NCBI GenBank assembly: GCA_017654855.1
Contig: CM030337.1
Span: 3,968,001-4,032,000, forward strand
Source of the DNA: Podospora anserina
Taxonomy: Eukaryota
DNA: 64,000 nt
Direction of reading: 5' to 3'
Shown here one piece after another: positions 59,558-64,000 of the stretch. Both the position numbers and the translations under genes were made by a program. Under the pieces are notes generated by a model. That model was not told the origin of the DNA and searched no databases. It was given only the letters and a program-made list of their open reading frames with translations. Positions within the stretch are counted from its first letter, which is position 1. Each line of letters opens with the position of its first letter.

Positions 59558-60473
59558 AGGGCGAGATAGGCCTGCATGATGTGTGCAAACCTCACAACCA
59601 CTAGCGCAGGCCGCGTCTTGCTCAATTCGATTGTTGTCAACAATACAGTTGAGGGCTTTCCATTTGTGTCGAATGCATTCTTGTTGCTCATTTTCATTAC
59701 TGAAGTTGGGAATTGTGAAACCGGTGGTTACTTAGTCCTCATCAGCTTTCTGGGCCAACAAATTATCTGTGCTACCTTACGTACCAAGCGCCATGGTGGA
59801 TTCCACGGGTGAACAGCGTGATATTAGTATTCAGTTACCAGAACACTGTGCGTAAAGTTGGATGGAAGAATTGAATGAAGTGAAGGTGTGGTTTGAAATG
59901 ATAGTGCGGTCAAAGCATACCTTATAAGGCACATGGCTTTGGGGGAAAATTGCACCACCAGGCTCGTTTTGAAGAACAGAGCACCATTTGTGATCCATGT
60001 ATAGTCCTGTCGTGCAACCACCCAAAACTGGCCATGGTGGCTGACCCCGGTCAGTCAAGGTGCACCCAACTGGCCTGTGCGCATTTTGCCCTCAAATCGA
60101 TATCGTTCTTGGCTCTAACCCCAACCCTAGTTGAATCAGTCAACCACACTGCACAGATAGGCAGAAGTCGCAGTCAACCGCAAATCAACAACCTAAGGCA
60201 GCTGCTAAAACCCTCCCGGAATCCACTTTTCTCACACATCATGCGAATAGCTTCATTTAATTGCATTCAACCCTATCACTCAATCATATCAGTCCTCATG
60301 CTTCGCCTCCTCAACACGATTGCTTGGTACTCCCAGGCAAACAACCCGTTTGAGAAAACAGTCATGGGACTTATCAAAAATCCATCGGTCCCACATTGCT
60401 CGCCCCTCTCACTTTCTTCACAACAACCTAATAGTGACAAGCTGGTTCCTTGCTAGGGGGTTTTGTGCGAATA

Positions 60474-61934
60474 TTATACCATCTCTTTATCACGATACCG
60501 CAGCAAAGCATCAACTTGCCATTCATCCCAGTCAGATTCCTCATCAGCCCCCACACCCTCTCTCAGTCCCTGAAATAATGTCTCAAAGTCAACCCTGTAT
60601 TTCACAATGTCGAACCCAATACAAAAGAGAAACCTATGCAGTAATCGCCCATGCCGACCGACGTTCGAGAAGGCCTGGCCTCCTTTTGATCTCAAGATGT
60701 CTAAAAAACCGTCCTCGTGCTCACCAAATGTATCCACCCCGTCATAAAAGTCCTTCACGGGAAGTATCCCCATAGGTGTATTGAAAGCCACAAATGCCGG
60801 TGCCGTGAATGCCGACTCCCAGTCTATGACCCCCGTAATGTTGTACTCCTCATCCACCAAGATGTGATCCATCTTTTCGTCTGCGTGCTTCAGATAAAAC
60901 GGGAATCTTTCATCCCATCCACCAGTCAGCTCTGCCATCCTGGACACCAAGTCGAGGAGAAAGCGGTGTATCAGAAACGCATCCACCGGTCGCTGAGTGT
61001 AAATCTCGCTCCGTTCAATCAACCCCAAAACGTGAAGAATGTACCGCGTACAATACTCCCTCCACGACTGACACGGCGGCAGGTCAAAAGTCAGCTCCTT
61101 GGCAAACCGCCCAATGTGATCACTCCCCGGTATGTCCAACGATCCCAGACCTTTGAATGGATGTCTCCCCAGCTCAATGTATATATCCGCCAGCTGATCC
61201 AGCACTTTCCTCCTCTGCTTCTTGCTGGCGAGATCCCAACGAAGCGGTACGCCGGGTAACTTGTCCATGAAAATATACCCCACCCCAACTGGGTTGTCTG
61301 GTCCATCCAACCTGTAATCAAACACCCTCGGCGCAGGAACCTCTGTCTTTTCGAGAAAGCCCAACGTTGCAGCTTCGCTTTTGATCATGTAATTCCGAAC
61401 AGGGAGCGGTGTCGTGTTTGGTTGACGGATCCGAGCAATCCACGTGACTCCGTCTTCGAACTCGACGTCGAGGTGATAGTTTCTGGTTCCCATCATCAGG
61501 TCTTGGTAGTCTGGGATGTGCACAACGCAAGATGTGCCATTTCGGAGTTTGCTGGCGCGTTTGGCCAAGGCGGCTGTGTTGAAGTTTTGGAGACCACAGC
61601 TCCAGGCTGCCGGTGATGTTGTAAATGCTGGCATGGGCGATCTCGGTGAGGTATCTGGTCCGGCTATGAGAGAGCGGTTCAAGGTGAATGATGGCGCTTC
61701 GAGTTCTATGAAAGATGCCCATTCAAGACCAGCTATGTCGGGTATCGAGCGATTGGACTCAGCGCCCGCGCAGATCAGGCTCATGCAGATCCCCGACAAC
61801 GTTAGATAAGAAAAAACAAGCAATGAAAAATAAGAATGGCCCCAAAGAATGGGTTTGTTAGTGGTTAGTGAGGTCCACATGACTAGTTGTTCCACTCCAC
61901 TTAAACTGCAGCTTTGCATGAGAAGATTGGCCAA
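60474..61934 (-). CDS. APH/choline-kinase-like phosphotransferase; start uncertain
   Basis: MGTRNYH..VEFEDGVTWIARIR, SEAATL.FL, VPAPRVFDY, VGVGYIFMDKLPG, LKHAD..DHILVD...ITGVIDWE. Confidence 0.8.
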   Translation of the reverse strand: MANLLMQSCSLSGVEQLVMWTSLTTNKPILWGHSYFSLLVFSYLTLSGICMSLICAGAESNRSIPDIAGLEWASFIELEAPSFTLNRSLIAGPDTSPRSPMPAFTTSPAAWSCGLQNFNTAALAKRASKLRNGTSCVVHIPDYQDLMMGTRNYHLDVEFEDGVTWIARIRQPNTTPLPVRNYMIKSEAATLGFLEKTEVPAPRVFDYRLDGPDNPVGVGYIFMDKLPGVPLRWDLASKKQRRKVLDQLADIYIELGRHPFKGLGSLDIPGSDHIGRFAKELTFDLPPCQSWREYCTRYILHVLGLIERSEIYTQRPVDAFLIHRFLLDLVSRMAELTGGWDERFPFYLKHADEKMDHILVDEEYNITGVIDWESAFTAPAFVAFNTPMGILPVKDFYDGVDTFGEHEDGFLDILRSKGGQAFSNVGRHGRLLHRFLFCIGFDIVKYRVDFETLFQGLREGVGADEESDWDEWQVDALLRYRDKEMV

Positions 61935-62149
61935 CGAGGGCTTCTGGAGATCATCAACCCCACAGACACAGGCGCTTCGGGTCTGAAAATAAAACTGAAT
62001 TCGTAAAAAAAAGCTTCATGCCAAGACCGCCTGAGCTGTGTAGCTAGATCCTTTGGTTACACGTCTACTTCTCGAGTCTACTCCTCCAAGCCGTGGCCGC
62101 AGACTTTCCCGCCACTTGTCCCTCGTTTCCCAAAGAATCATCCCAAGAA

Positions 62150-63315
62150 TTATTGCAAAAAGGTGGGTGGCACCTCGGGACCTGACATGAGGTGTAACGG
62201 GTTAGCATTAGATAGGTAATCACTGATCAGCCCAGAACACTCACCCCAGACATGCAAGTTGTCGGGCGCGGCCTTGTTGTGGTGCGTTGGCTCGTTCATG
62301 TCCAGCAAATCACCGTCCACATAGTGCTCCAAGATGAAGTTGGACGGATCAAACCAGTAGTCAAAGATCTGGCTGCCCATGACGTGTCTCCCAACACCCC
62401 AGCAGTTGGTGTATCCTTGATGACGTAGCCAGTCGTGACCCAGTACCTGAGCATCGAAGTCGTGTGTCTCAAAGGAAGAGTGGTGAACGTGCATCTTGGG
62501 GCCTTCGAAGAAGAAGAAGCAGTGGTGGTCAACAAACTCCTTGCCACGGTCTAGGCGAAAGAAGACAGTCACATCCACGCCTTCATCGTTGTGGACGAGC
62601 TGAAAAGAATTGGTTAGTCTTTCCGCCAGGAGCCTTTTCATACGGAGAATGCAAACCTCGCTGGGATGAAAGTTGAAATAGGTCGAATAAAACTCGTAGC
62701 ACTTGGCAAAGTTCGTCACGCACATGCCAAAATGTCCAAGCTTGTGTACGGGCGCCGGCCGCTTCTCGAAGCGCTGGAACTTGTTTGGCTCGCGGTTCTT
62801 CTCGTTCGGCTATCATTACAAGACGCAACATATCAGCGACTGTCATGGCCTTTTGAAAGATTTTCACTCACGTAGTTGAACTTGAGCACCGGGAAGCCAG
62901 GGTCTCTCCTTTCAACCTCAGTCTGCCCGTGAACCAAGTGGAATGGGAACCCATCCACCGGGTCATAGAAGGTCACTCTCTTGCCACCACCCGGCACATC
63001 CTTGAGCTCATGTACTTCGGTCGCTCGGCACTCTTTTGGAAGCGACTGCTGGGCGTAGACGAGATCCTCCTCAGACTCGACAACAAATGCTGCTCCCCCA
63101 AATTCCGGCTTGTCAGAAGCCTCGAGGGCTAACACAAAAGGCTCTGCTCCATATCCTCTGAAGAAGGTTGTCTTTCCGATCGTCTCGGTCTCGTAGAAGC
63201 CAAAGTCGGCAGCAAATCGTTTGGCGGCTTCAATATCCTTGTGCTTGTACCAGACATGTGCTGGACGCACCAGCTGGATCTTCTTTAAGGGGTTTGATGG
63301 GAGTCCGGCGGCCAT
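62150..63315 (-). CDS. VOC/glyoxalase-fold extradiol dioxygenase (trihydroxytoluene-oxygenase-like), 4 exons
   Basis: AHVWYKH, DPVDGFPFHLVHGQ, VHKLGHFG, VDHHCFF, HVHHSSFE, WGVGRHVMGSQIFDYWFDP, EHYVDGD. Confidence 0.9.
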
Positions 63316-64000
63316 GATGAAACTTTGGATGTGATTGTTGTTCAGTTGATCGTGTTGGGAGCGGATGGGACAAGAATGTTGATAACAAATCTTTTGGACA
63401 AATTAATGACACAGAGGCAGGCTGCCCGGGGGATATATCTAGAGTCCGGCCGACGGCCCAAGGCAACCAAGATGGGACGAACTGGGCTCTATTTTCTAGC
63501 GCTCACGCGGGGATGTGGTGGGGTAAAAGCGATGGTGACGCAGGTCGCGGCAATTCAAGGGAGAAAAGCCAATGGTGATGTTCCGATCGCGCGACGGTAT
63601 TTTGCCATTGCCCAATAGCGGGCGCCGGGTAATGTCGAGCGCCCGTTCTTCGGTGTCTCATCATTCGACTCGTGTTGCCCCGACCTGCGACGGTGTACGA
63701 GAGAAACACAAGAGTTCGGAGTCCCGGGGGGGTTTTATGTTAGAGCGAAGCCACTGTCATGTCAGAGGCAGCATATGAGCCACACTCCGATCTCTGTGGC
63801 TGCGATTCGAGACCTCCTACCATTATCCCGATGCCACGTCATTGGTGCGCATACTTGCAAGATCTCTCATCCTCATTGCCGGGTAGCTACCTGAGGTAGA
63901 TAGCCCGCTTTGCTGCACAATTTCAACCTACCTCGAACTCTATGGCCTGGCGACTTGATTTCCTTCGTTACTGAAAGATAGACGACTTTGAAGTTCGTCT

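Noticed and set aside
17900-64000. Starship or Spok-type element explaining the accessory region
   Set aside because: No tyrosine-recombinase captain, Spok-like ORF or element boundary recognised in this window.
1-64000. tRNA or rRNA genes
   Set aside because: None recognised by eye; a tRNAscan/Rfam run would be needed to exclude them.

Overview
Intron-containing filamentous ascomycete DNA (Sordariomycete; the RIP pattern and repeat types suggest Podospora/Sordariales, which is inferred, not verified). About 2-18 kb is an intact metabolic block: a DUF4360 secreted protein, a divergent methylcitrate synthase/methylisocitrate lyase pair, a divergent SDR/glutamine-synthetase-like pair resembling the actinobacterial gamma-glutamylation (GlnA4) amine pathway, and a peroxisomal acyl-CoA ligase. 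About 18-64 kb is an accessory, repeat-rich region. It holds at least seven divergent BTB/POZ paralogues (2 intact, 5 decayed), two RIP-mutated Fot1/pogo transposons, nests of solo LTRs with one conserved and one variable half, hAT-like TIR remnants, and a near-intact Tc1 DD34E element lacking its ATG. It also holds an NRPS (partial DH-C-A-T-T-R) derived from a PKS-NRPS hybrid, a PEP-mutase-family enzyme, a tyrosinase, Zn2Cys6 genes, a CinY/HET-C-like plus vWA secreted protein, a metzincin, an APH-like kinase and a VOC dioxygenase. All family assignments come from motif recognition by eye; no searches were run.
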